In this document: piece by piece, positions 1 to 8,403 of the stretch
Layout: every line of letters begins with the position of its first letter
Position numbering within the stretch: the first letter of the stretch is position 1
NCBI GenBank assembly: GCA_947499465.1
Contig: CANMOI010000004.1
Span: 14,023 to 78,022, forward strand
Direction: 5' to 3'
DNA from: Gemmatimonadales bacterium
GTDB lineage: Bacteria > Gemmatimonadota > Gemmatimonadetes > Longimicrobiales > Gaopeijiaceae
Length of the DNA stretch: 64,000 nt
Position numbers and translations under genes: made by a program
The notes under the pieces: generated by a model
What the model saw: the letters and a program-made list of their open reading frames with translations, nothing else
Told to the model about the DNA's origin: nothing
Database searches by the model: none

Positions 1-38
1 TGAAGTGCCACGTGTGTGGTTTCAGCGAGTGCGGGTGA
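1..38 (+). CDS. nrdJ: 3' end of a gene, probably B12-dependent (class II) ribonucleotide reductase (partial)
   Basis: Translates ...KCHVCGFSECG*, the kind of C-terminal Cys-rich tail found on class II RNRs; only 11 full codons are visible. Confidence 0.6.
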   Translation, partial: KCHVCGFSECG

Positions 39-148
39 TGGTTGTCGGAACGGTGAGATCGGGGACGTTGATGGAGGGTCCGCGCTGAGCCGACTGCTCG
101 GTTGGACTTTGGTGGACCAGCCCGAGTTGGTGGGGCTGATCTCATAGA

Positions 149-183
149 GCGGGCCAGTCGGAGTTGGGATCCGGCTGGCCCGC
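149..183. terminator. GC-rich hairpin between convergent genes
   Basis: gcgggccagtcgga / tccggctggcccgc inverted repeat. Confidence 0.5.
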
Positions 184-238
184 GGTGTGTCTATGAGCGT
201 TTATACGGGATACGCTCTTCGGATGGGTGAGACTCGAA

Positions 239-508
239 CTAGAGCCGCCTCAAGAGGGTGTCGTATTCGCCGTGCGATCCGATCCAGAACCAAAGCAGCA
301 CATCGCCTTCTTGAATGGCCAACGCGCGATCATGGAGTCCGACTCGCGCTGCGAAGATCGGTGCAGCGGTGTGAACCTGCTTGAATCGCAGGCTAGGATG
401 GGATGGGTTCGTTTGGAATTGGCGAAACGCGGTTCGTGCCAATTCTTTCAAATCGGGGGGTAGTTCTTCGAACGCCTTCTTGAAGCGCGGCGTCCTGCGC
501 GAGATCAC
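239..508 (-). CDS. RelE/ParE-like type II toxin
   Basis: GTG at 508 overlaps the antitoxin stop; 89 aa with TPRFKKAF, HPSLRFKQV and WFWIGSHGEYD motifs. Confidence 0.75.
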   Translation of the reverse strand: MISRRTPRFKKAFEELPPDLKELARTAFRQFQTNPSHPSLRFKQVHTAAPIFAARVGLHDRALAIQEGDVLLWFWIGSHGEYDTLLRRL

Positions 509-723
509 AGGTCGTCGGGATCTAGCGGCTCTGTGCGGCCGGACTTGAGATCGCCAATCGCTTCCCTTCCCAGCCGCCCTAGGGCATCCTGACTGCCGGT
601 GAATGCCTGGTCCCACTGTGCCTCGGCCTCGAGTTCAGCCAAGACCAGGGCGGCGAAGGCATCCTGTTCCTTCGGTGGGAGCCTAGAAGCCTTGTCGAAG
701 GCCTTCTTAAGGAGCTCGGTCAT
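505..723 (-). CDS. Putative antitoxin
   Basis: 72-aa acidic ORF (MTELLKKAF...WDQAF...PLDPDDL) directly upstream of and overlapping the toxin. Confidence 0.7.
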   Translation of the reverse strand: MTELLKKAFDKASRLPPKEQDAFAALVLAELEAEAQWDQAFTGSQDALGRLGREAIGDLKSGRTEPLDPDDL

Positions 724-886
724 GCGGCTTGTTACCCTCGCGAGAGTGGTGTGGTCTCAACATGCGAGGGGCACCGCGACCTAGCAATTACTGCCTGGGA
801 CGCCCTTCAAATCGCTGGGCACGGGTGGCCGTCGGAAAACGATAGATTCGCCGAGCGAGTGTTGGTCCGCGGCAGGCGACTGATCG

Positions 887-1387
887 ATGCGGGGAGTCCA
901 TTTACCTCAGCTTGGAAGACGTCCGATAGCGCCCAGAATCTGGATCGACGCTGACGCCGCCCCGCGCGATGTCAAAGAGATCGTCTTCCGCGCCGCGAAG
1001 CGTCTAGAGCTTCATGTGGTGATGGTCGCCAACCAGCGCCTCCAGCTCCCCGCCAACAATCCGTTCGTCTCGTTCACTTGGGTGAAGGGCGGCCCCGACG
1101 AGGCGGACATCTACATCGCCGAGCACGCGGCACCCGGTGACGTCGCGGTAACCGCAGACATCCCCCTTGCCGCGATCCTGGTCGAGAAGCAGCTCGTCGT
1201 CCTCGATCCCCGCGGTGAGATCTACACCGAGTCGAACGTCCGCGAGCGCCTCAACATCCGCGACTTCATGACGTCGCTCCGGGACTCCGGCGTCGAGACG
1301 GGTGGCGCGGCCCCCTACGGCCAGCGTGACAAGCAGAACTTCGCGGCCGCGCTCGACCGCACCCTCGTCGCTCTCGCCAAGAAGTAG
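887..1387 (+). CDS. YaiI/YqxD (UPF0178) family protein
   Basis: IWIDADA, VTADIPLA and PRGE motifs; start position uncertain. Confidence 0.9.
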   Translation: MRGVHLPQLGRRPIAPRIWIDADAAPRDVKEIVFRAAKRLELHVVMVANQRLQLPANNPFVSFTWVKGGPDEADIYIAEHAAPGDVAVTADIPLAAILVEKQLVVLDPRGEIYTESNVRERLNIRDFMTSLRDSGVETGGAAPYGQRDKQNFAAALDRTLVALAKK

Positions 1388-1400
1388 AGGGAAGCCCCCG

Positions 1401-1754
1401 ATGAACGAGAACCAGCGTGCCGTCTCCCGCTACATGGACGGCTTCCGAAAGACCGACCACGCCCAGATCCTCTCCTGCCTCACCGATGACGTCGAGTGGT
1501 ACATCCCCGGCGCCTTCAAGGTGAACGGCAAGGAAGCGTTCGATGGGCAGATCGAGGGCGAGGGCTTCAGCGGGAGCCCCACCATCGTTGTCGATCGGAT
1601 GATCGAGACCGATGATATCGTGATCGCCGAGGGCACGGTCGTAGCTCGGCTCGCGGACGGCACGCCACTCGAGCTCGCGATGTGCGACGTGTTCGAGTTG
1701 AGGGAAGGGAAGATCCGCCGCTTGACGAGCTACCTGATGCCTATGGGGTCGTAG
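1401..1754 (+). CDS. NTF2/SnoaL-like protein
   Basis: LTDDVEW and CDVFELREGKIRRLTSY pattern. Confidence 0.8.
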   Translation: MNENQRAVSRYMDGFRKTDHAQILSCLTDDVEWYIPGAFKVNGKEAFDGQIEGEGFSGSPTIVVDRMIETDDIVIAEGTVVARLADGTPLELAMCDVFELREGKIRRLTSYLMPMGS

Positions 1755-1781
1755 ATCGCCCTTTGCTGTGAAGGAGCCACA

Positions 1782-2048
1782 ATGGATGACGCATCCGAGG
1801 ACTTCTCCCATGTCTGGAAGGGCGATGGTGGCGAGGCGCAGTGGGAGCCGACTCTTCCGAACGACGAATTCGTTGGGAAGATGTTTCTGACCGGGGCGGT
1901 GGGAAGCCCGCCAGCAGCTCTATGCGTCGAGACGTTCTGGCGCGGGACGACCGACGTCCGTCACCAGGTCACGATTCCGCGGGAGCTGTTCCCGTTGCTC
2001 CGGGAGCTCTTGGCGGTCGAGATCTTCCGCGAGGAGCCCAACCGATGA
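1782..2048 (+). CDS. Hypothetical protein
   Basis: AAGGAG Shine-Dalgarno upstream; stop overlaps the next ATG. Confidence 0.55.
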   Translation: MDDASEDFSHVWKGDGGEAQWEPTLPNDEFVGKMFLTGAVGSPPAALCVETFWRGTTDVRHQVTIPRELFPLLRELLAVEIFREEPNR

Positions 2049-2397
2049 CGACCAAGCGTCCTCCCGCCCAGGAGCTCCGCCGGCGTTTCCTGCGCCGGAC
2101 CCTCACCCACCTCGGAATCGCGCTGGGGATCATCGTCTTTTCGCTCGGCATCGGGATCTGGGGCTACGAGCACTTCGAGCACCTGGCCTGGCGAGACGCA
2201 TTCGTGAATTCCGCCATGATTCTCGGCGGGATGGGGCCCGTGAAGACGGATCTGTCCGATCCTGGAAAAGTCTTCGCGGGTCTCTACGCGTTGTATGCGG
2301 GACTCGTGGTGATCGCGCTGGCGGGAATTCTTCTGGGCCCGGGGTGCATCACTTGATGCATCACGTGCACTGGGATGAGTCGCTCAGGACCGAGTAG
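2045..2397 (+). CDS. Small 2-TM potassium-channel-like membrane protein with an apparent frameshift near 2341
   Basis: TM-(AFVNSAMILGGMGP)-TM pattern; a plausible C-terminus VHHLMHHVHWD...TAG lies in another frame after a G run. Confidence 0.65.
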
Positions 2398-2442
2398 AAA
2401 AACAAACCCCCCCGGCCCGATCGGCCAGAGGGTCTCGTTTGT
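2398..2442 (-). terminator. Imperfect intrinsic terminator downstream of the 56-aa ORF
   Basis: acaaac...ggcc/ggcc...gtttgt inverted repeat preceded by an A run on the + strand. Confidence 0.45.
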
Positions 2443-2458
2443 GAGCCAGCGACCGGCT

Positions 2459-2629
2459 CTAGTGCTTATGGAACTGATTCGCCACCGCGTCGAAGTGGAC
2501 GCCCGTCATCTTCTTGATGCCGTCCGACGTCTTCTTGTAGACGGTGAGGTTCTTCCGGTCCGAGTCCCGATTGTTCCAGAAGTACGGCGTCTTGGTGCCG
2601 TTCTTCTTCACGATCATGATCCTGGCCAT
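2459..2629 (-). CDS. Unannotated 56-aa basic protein MARIMIVKKNGTKTPYFWNNRDSDRKNLTVYKKTSDGIKKMTGVHFDAVANQFHKH
   Basis: Translated by hand (below the ORF-track cut-off); AGGAG Shine-Dalgarno upstream of the ATG; mostly G/C third positions; hairpin downstream. Confidence 0.8.
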   Translation of the reverse strand: MARIMIVKKNGTKTPYFWNNRDSDRKNLTVYKKTSDGIKKMTGVHFDAVANQFHKH

Positions 2630-2682
2630 GGGGTGATCTCCTACGGTTAGGGATCCCTGCAGGGCATTTTATCCGGAGAAAC

Positions 2683-2782
2683 AAAAAAGACCCGGGCCAT
2701 GGCCCAGGTCTTTGCATCGCCGGTCTCCGACTCCTCGGAGGTTTTCGCCGCAACTAATGTAGCGGTTTAGCCTTCCGGGCTC
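2683..2782 (-). promoter_or_regulatory. Riboswitch-like leader: three-way junction followed by an intrinsic terminator
   Basis: CCGG/CCGG closing stem, CCGC-UAC/GU-UGCGG and CUCCGA/UCGGAG arms, then AAAGACCUGGGC-CAUG-GCCCGGGUCUUUUUU. Confidence 0.6.
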
Positions 2783-2913
2783 AACCTATATGGTCCTGAC
2801 CCCATCTTCTACGGTTGTGCGATACCGATGGTGGCTGGAGCACGGCTGTGGCAGGCGATCGCGATCTGGGTCCCGTCGCTGGCGAGCCCGACGCCGTAGA
2901 GATCGGGCCTGCG

Positions 2914-2942
2914 TGGACTCCCTCCCGGCGTACGGATAGCTT
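2914..2942 (+). promoter_or_regulatory. sigma70-like promoter for bTHX
   Basis: TGGACT-N17-TAGCTT; same GGATAGCTT -10 context as the rpsL promoter. Confidence 0.5.
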
Positions 2943-3002
2943 TCGCTCCGTCCCCCGGGCACCGGGCCCGCGCGACGAACACCGAACAGTCGAGGTCACA
3001 TC

Positions 3003-3164
3003 GTGGGCAGAGGCGACAAGCGGACCGAGAAGGGCAAGCGATTCAAGCGGAGTCATGGTGTGACCCGCCCCAAGGGTGGAAGGAAGAAGGCGAAGCCTGG
3101 GCCCGCGAAGCCGGTCGCTGCCGCCCCCGCCGCGCCCGCGAAGAAGACCACGACCAAGAAGTAG
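3003..3164 (+). CDS. thx: 30S ribosomal protein bTHX (Thx/S31) with Ala/Pro/Lys tail
   Basis: GTG start after GAGGT; MGRGDKRTEKGKRFKRSHGVTRPK matches the MGKGDxRTxxGKxxxGxxGxxRP family pattern; not in the ORF track. Confidence 0.85.
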   Translation: MGRGDKRTEKGKRFKRSHGVTRPKGGRKKAKPGPAKPVAAAPAAPAKKTTTKK

Positions 3165-3185
3165 GTCAGGCGAGGGGATGATCCT

Positions 3186-4343
3186 CTGAAGATCGCCCTC
3201 GTCTCCGATTGGTTTCTCCCCCGGCTGGGGGGGGGGGCGAGCTCCAGCTGCGCGATCTGGCTGGCCAGCTCGCCGCCGCCGGCCACCAGGTGCACGTGGT
3301 CACCACGACCCCGGCGGATCCGGTCGCCCAGGGTAGGCTTCAGACCGGATCGGCCGCAGTGCCTCCGGGTGTCGCCGTCCATCGTGTTGACGTCCCGATC
3401 CTCCCCGGAGCGGGCTTCACGTACTCGCCCTGGGCGGGCGCCGCGATGCGCGAGGCGCTCCGGCCCCTCGAGCCCGACGTCGCCCACCTCCACGCCAGTA
3501 TCTGCTCGACCGGAACGCTGGCCGGCGCCTGGGCGGCGAATCGGCTCGATCTCCCGATCGTGGTCACGTTCCACTCCGTGCTGGGCATCTATCGCCATCT
3601 GCTGCGCGGGTTCGACGTCGCGGTCGGGTGGAGCCGGTGGCCGCACGTGTTCTCCGCGGTCGCGCGCGCTGGCGGACGAGGTCGCGTGGCTCGCGCCCGG
3701 CCGCGCGGTCGAGGTGCTCCCGAACGGCATCGATCTGGCCGAGTGGGCCGCCGATCCGGTGGGTGGCGCACCCGTCCCGCCCGGCTCACCCGACGAGTTG
3801 CGGCTCGTCTTGGTACTCCGGCTCCAGGCGCGGAAGCGCGGCATCCCGCTGATCCGCGTGGTGGCCGGCGCCGCGGCTCGGCTGCGCGGGATCCGCCACG
3901 TGCGCCTCACCGTGATCGGCGACGGCCCGGAGCGTCGCGCGATGGAGGCGGAGGCCCGGCGTCTCGGCATCGCCGAGGCGGTCGAGTTCACCGGTTACCT
4001 GGAGCGTCCGGCGATCCGTGAGCGGTTCGCGCGCGCCGATGCGTTCGTGCTGGTGAGCGTGCTCGAGTCGTTCGGGATCGCGGCGCTCGAGGCGAGGGCG
4101 GCGGGGCTGCCGGTCGTCGCGCGCTCGGAGAGCGGGATGGGCGAGCTACTGGAGAATGGCCGCGAAGCGCTGCTTGCGCCGTCGGACGCTGCGGTGACGG
4201 ACGCGCTCGTGCGCCTGGGGCAGGATCCCGCGCTGCTGCGTGCGATCGCGCACCACAACCGCGCCGTCCCCCCGTCGATCGGATGACCGACGACGCTAGC
4301 GCGCCACCTCGAGCTCTACCAGCGCGCCGTCGCCGCGAAATAG
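3186..4343 (+). pseudogene. Family 4 glycosyltransferase, disrupted
   Basis: KIALVSDWFLPRLGG, PNGID and ESFGIAALEA motifs split over frames; lesions at a G11 tract (3227-3237), at ~3660, and an in-frame TGA at 4284-4286. Confidence 0.8.
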
Positions 4344-4479
4344 ACCGGGGAAGCGGCAGCCGCGGTCCCGAGTCTCCAGCGCACGCATCCCGCGTCGCAC
4401 GCGACCCTCCGCGCACTTTCAGCTGAAAGTCTGGTCCCGTCCTCCCGCTCGGAGCGGCCGGGATCGGCATCGAAAGCTG

Positions 4480-5262
4480 TCAATGGAGATCTGGGACGAT
4501 CTCCCGATCCATGCCCGCCGCCCAATCCGCGACCGTCCCGAACCGCCCCCCGCGATCCTGGAACAGCCGAATCACCTCGCGCACCGCGTCGCGCGCGCGC
4601 GGCTCGGTTCCAGCGCGGCAGTCCCATCGGATGTTCTCCCCCCGCAGATCCACCAGCTCCCACGGATGCATGAACAGCACGACCGGCCGCGCGAGCCGCG
4701 CCAGCCACGGGTCGCGCAGCGCAGCGGGGAGCCGGAGCACCGACGAAGTCGTCGAAGCCGGTAGACGCCGGAGCCCGGGAGTCGGCCGCATCGTCCGCGT
4801 CGCGCGCCGGAACAGGTGATCTAGCCGATGCGCGCCCTCCGACGAATCGAGGCTGTAGCCTGCTTCGACGAGCAGGGGAAGGTACTCGTCAGGGAAATCG
4901 AGATTGGGCGCTCGGAACGCGGTGGTCGGCCCGATCGCACGCAGAACCGTCGAAGCGTCCTTCAGCTCCCGCACCGCTTCCTCGGGGCCCATCGCTCCGA
5001 ACCGCTTGTGCGTATGTCCGTGACATCCCAACTCGTGCCCCGCGGTGACGATGCCGCGAATGGCGTCCGGGTAGCGCTCGGCCGTCTGCCCCGTGACGAA
5101 GAACGTGCCCCGCACGCCCTCCTGCTCCAGCGCCTCGATGAGCCACGGCAGACCCTTCGTAACTCCGCGCCAGCCATCCAGATATGGGGGGCAGTCTGGC
5201 TCCACGTCCACCGTGAGGAGGACGTCGGGGGAGGGGCGGCGGGAATCAATCTCGCTGGGCAT
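4480..5262 (-). CDS. Polysaccharide deacetylase (CE4) family
   Basis: LTVDVE, GTFFVTG, HELGCHGHTH, FRAP and HPWE motifs. Confidence 0.85.
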   Translation of the reverse strand: MPSEIDSRRPSPDVLLTVDVEPDCPPYLDGWRGVTKGLPWLIEALEQEGVRGTFFVTGQTAERYPDAIRGIVTAGHELGCHGHTHKRFGAMGPEEAVRELKDASTVLRAIGPTTAFRAPNLDFPDEYLPLLVEAGYSLDSSEGAHRLDHLFRRATRTMRPTPGLRRLPASTTSSVLRLPAALRDPWLARLARPVVLFMHPWELVDLRGENIRWDCRAGTEPRARDAVREVIRLFQDRGGRFGTVADWAAGMDREIVPDLH

Positions 5263-5312
5263 GCCTGCAACTAAGAGGTTGTACGCCCCTCGTCGCTCGC
5301 TGACATTCGAAT

Positions 5313-6158
5313 ATGCGATCCCGCTCACTTTGCGCGTTAGGACTCACCCTGCTGCTTCTCGCGGGTGCTCGCACCGCAGCGGCGCAGGAGTCCTCGAGCG
5401 ATTTGGTGAGTGAACCCGCGACGGCCTTCGACGGCCTCCCTCCCGTGCACGGTCGCGACGACCTCTGGCTCGTGGACTCCCTCTACGTCGCGCTCGACGC
5501 GCAGGCCTCGCTCGACGCGGCCGCCGCGCTCGTCCAGGCCGACTCGACCGACTGGGACGCGTACGTGCGAGCCGCGCGCGCCGCGCTCGCGCTCGGGATC
5601 GCCGCGGAGGAGCGGTCCGATCAGAAGGCCTGGTACCTCCGCGCGGAGTCCTACGGCGCCCGCGCGGTCGCGATCGATTCGATGCGGGTGGACGGCCTCT
5701 ACTGGCTCGCCGCGGCTCGAGGACGGCGCACCCTGCTCGAGAGCCCGCGCGCGATCGTGTCGCTCGCGAACGAGGTCCACGTCATCGCCAACCGCGTGCT
5801 CGTCCTCGATCCGAGCCACCCTGGCGCACACAACATTCTCGGGCGATTCAACTTCGAGCTGCTGATCCTGAGCCGGGTCGAGCGCTTCTTCGCCCGCCAT
5901 CTCCTCGGCGGCGACTCGATCATCAAGCAGGCGACCTGGCCGGAAGCCGAGCGCCACCAGGTCGCGTCGGTCGAGATGGCACCATTCATGATCCTCTTCC
6001 ACTACGAGCTCGCGCGCACCTACGCGCGCCAGGGGAAACGTGCGGAGGCGAGGGAGCAGTACGAGACCGTGCTCGCGCTCCCGATCCGCCATCCCCCTGA
6101 CCCGAGGTGGCAGGCACTTTCAAAGAGAGCGATCGAGCGAATGGAGAAGGGGCGATGA
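5313..6158 (+). CDS. Secreted TPR-like protein
   Basis: Signal peptide; helical repeats with YWLA, HNILG and YELARTY. Confidence 0.7.
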   Translation: MRSRSLCALGLTLLLLAGARTAAAQESSSDLVSEPATAFDGLPPVHGRDDLWLVDSLYVALDAQASLDAAAALVQADSTDWDAYVRAARAALALGIAAEERSDQKAWYLRAESYGARAVAIDSMRVDGLYWLAAARGRRTLLESPRAIVSLANEVHVIANRVLVLDPSHPGAHNILGRFNFELLILSRVERFFARHLLGGDSIIKQATWPEAERHQVASVEMAPFMILFHYELARTYARQGKRAEAREQYETVLALPIRHPPDPRWQALSKRAIERMEKGR

Positions 6159-6958
6159 GGGTTCAGGCCGACGGCGCGCAGCTCCACGTGCATCTTCGCG
6201 GGCCGGAGGACGGCCCGAGGGTGTTGTTCATCCACGGCTTCCCGCTCACCGGCGCGATGTGGGACGCGCAGGTCGAGTGTCTTGCGGACAAGTGGCGTCT
6301 GATCGTTCCCGATCTGCGCGGCCACGGCGCGAGCGACGTCGGCGACGGCCAGTACGCGATCGACTTCTTCGTTGACGACATGTTCACGGTGCTCGATGAA
6401 GTGTCGCCGGAGCTGCCAGTCGTCGGCTGCGGGCTCTCGATGGGCGGCTACATCCTTCTGCGCGCGTTCGAGCGCGAGCCCGCGCGTTTCCGCGCGCTCG
6501 TCTTCGCGGACACGAAGAGCACGGCCGACGACGACGCGGGCCGCCTCAAGCGCCTGGACGCGGTGCGGAAGATCCGGAAGGAGGGCACGGCGGCCTACGG
6601 CGCGGCGTTCGTCACCGGCGGCGTCGGTGCCACCGCCAGGGCCGAACGACCCGAGGTGGTCGAAGCCGTGAAGGCGATGATCGCCGCCAACGACGCCCAC
6701 GGGATGGTCGGCGCCCAGCTTGCCATGGCCGCCCGAACCGACACCACGGCCGCCCTCCGCACCATCCAGGTTCCTACACTCGTAATCGTAGGCGAGGAGG
6801 ACACCCTCACCCCCCCGGCAGTAGCCAAGGCAATGGCCGACGCCGTTCCGGGAGGGGGTAGGCTGCTTCCGATCCCCAAAGCCGGCCACCTCTCCCCTAT
6901 GGAGGCACCGGACCTGTTCAATCGCGGGCTGCGCGACTTCCTTGAGAGCCTCCCCTAG
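6155..6958 (+). CDS. Alpha/beta hydrolase (enol-lactonase-like)
   Basis: IHGFP, DLRGHG, GLSMGG, GEED and GHLS motifs. Confidence 0.9.
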   Translation: MRVQADGAQLHVHLRGPEDGPRVLFIHGFPLTGAMWDAQVECLADKWRLIVPDLRGHGASDVGDGQYAIDFFVDDMFTVLDEVSPELPVVGCGLSMGGYILLRAFEREPARFRALVFADTKSTADDDAGRLKRLDAVRKIRKEGTAAYGAAFVTGGVGATARAERPEVVEAVKAMIAANDAHGMVGAQLAMAARTDTTAALRTIQVPTLVIVGEEDTLTPPAVAKAMADAVPGGGRLLPIPKAGHLSPMEAPDLFNRGLRDFLESLP

Positions 6959-7048
6959 AGGGGCGGTACCCCCCGCCTTGCCGCCCGTCACGGGGCCCCG
7001 CGAGATTTCGTAAAGCGACCGGCAACACCTGGATTTTCGAGGTTCTTG

Positions 7049-8269
7049 ATGGCTACCGAAATCGCCGCGGACCGGACCGAGAGTCTCGTCGAGGAGGCCG
7101 CGCGTTTCAGCGCGAGCAACTACCACCCCCTCGACGTCGTCCTCGAGCGCGGGGAGGGTGTGTGGGTCTGGGACGTGGAAGGGAAGCGCTATCTCGACAT
7201 GCTCTCCGCCTACTCCGCGCTCAACCAGGGCCACCGGCATCCCGCCATCGTGCGCGCTGCCAAGGCGCAGCTCGACCGGGTGACGCTCACCTCGCGCGCC
7301 TTCCACAACGACCAGATGGGCCCCTTCCTCCGCGAGCTGTGCGAGGCGACGGGCTACGAGCAGGCGCTCCCGATGAACACGGGCGCCGAGGCGGTCGAGA
7401 CCGCGATCAAGCTGGTGCGGAAGTGGGGCTACACGAAGAAGGGCGTGAACGGCGGTCGCGCCGAGATCATCGTCTGCCGCAACAACTTCCACGGGCGGAC
7501 CACCACGATCGTCGGCTTCAGCTCGGAGCATCAGTATCGCGACGGCTTCGGTCCGTTCGCGCCCGGCTTCAGGGAAGTCCCGTTCGGTGACGCCGACGCG
7601 CTCGCGGCCGCGGTCACCCAGCACACCGTGGGCTTCCTGTTCGAGCCGATCCAGGCCGAGGGCGGCGTCATCGTTCCGCCCGCCGGCTACCTCAAGCGCG
7701 TGCGCGAGATCTGCGATCAGAAGGGCATCGCGATGATGGCCGACGAGATCCAGACCGGGCTCGGCCGCACCGGCCGCCTGTTCGCGTGCGAGTGGGAGGG
7801 CGTCCGCGCCGACATCCTTATCGTCGGGAAGTCACTGGGCGGTGGCGTCTATCCGGTCTCGGCCGTGCTCGCCGACGCCGAATTCATGGAGGTCTTCAAG
7901 CCCGGCGACCACGGGTCCACGTTCGGCGGCAATCCGCTGGCCGCCGCGATCGCCCGTGCTTCCCTCAGGGTGATCCTCGACGAGGATCTGCCCAAGCGCG
8001 CCGACGAGCTCGGCGGCTGGTTCATGCGCGAGCTCGTCGCACTCGATTCGCCGCACGTCGCCGAGGTGCGCGGGAAGGGTCTCCTGATTGGGGTCGAGAT
8101 CAGGGAGTCCTCCGGCACCGCCCGTCCCTACTGCGAGGCGCTCAAGGAGCGCGGCATCCTGGCCAAGGAGACACACGGCCAGGTGATCCGCTTCGCCCCT
8201 CCTCTCGTCATCGAGACAGAGACGCTCCAGGAAGTGCTCGCGGACATCGCCGAGGTCCTCCAGGGCTGA
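7049..8269 (+). CDS. rocD: Ornithine--oxo-acid aminotransferase
   Basis: NYHPL, SAYSALNQGH, LTSRAF, DEIQTGLGRTG, HGSTFGGNP. Confidence 0.93.
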   Translation: MATEIAADRTESLVEEAARFSASNYHPLDVVLERGEGVWVWDVEGKRYLDMLSAYSALNQGHRHPAIVRAAKAQLDRVTLTSRAFHNDQMGPFLRELCEATGYEQALPMNTGAEAVETAIKLVRKWGYTKKGVNGGRAEIIVCRNNFHGRTTTIVGFSSEHQYRDGFGPFAPGFREVPFGDADALAAAVTQHTVGFLFEPIQAEGGVIVPPAGYLKRVREICDQKGIAMMADEIQTGLGRTGRLFACEWEGVRADILIVGKSLGGGVYPVSAVLADAEFMEVFKPGDHGSTFGGNPLAAAIARASLRVILDEDLPKRADELGGWFMRELVALDSPHVAEVRGKGLLIGVEIRESSGTARPYCEALKERGILAKETHGQVIRFAPPLVIETETLQEVLADIAEVLQG

Positions 8270-8403
8270 TTCCCGGGGGAGGCGCTCGCCTCCCCCCTCG
8301 CTACATCTGTTCCCGTTCGCCCCGTGCAGCGGCATTGCGTGCCCGCTCGCCCCCGCCCCACATTGCGCCGCCACAAAATCTTTGTGACCCCGCAGGAGCA
8401 CCC

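Noticed and set aside
2335..2345. Programmed frameshift in the channel-like gene
   Set aside because: A single missing base in a short G run with no slippery heptamer or stimulator; more likely a sequencing error or mutation
4284..4286. In-frame TGA at an expected Trp, suggesting UGA recoding
   Set aside because: Many core genes here (rpoC, fusA, nusG, rpsJ) end in TGA, and the same gene has two other lesions
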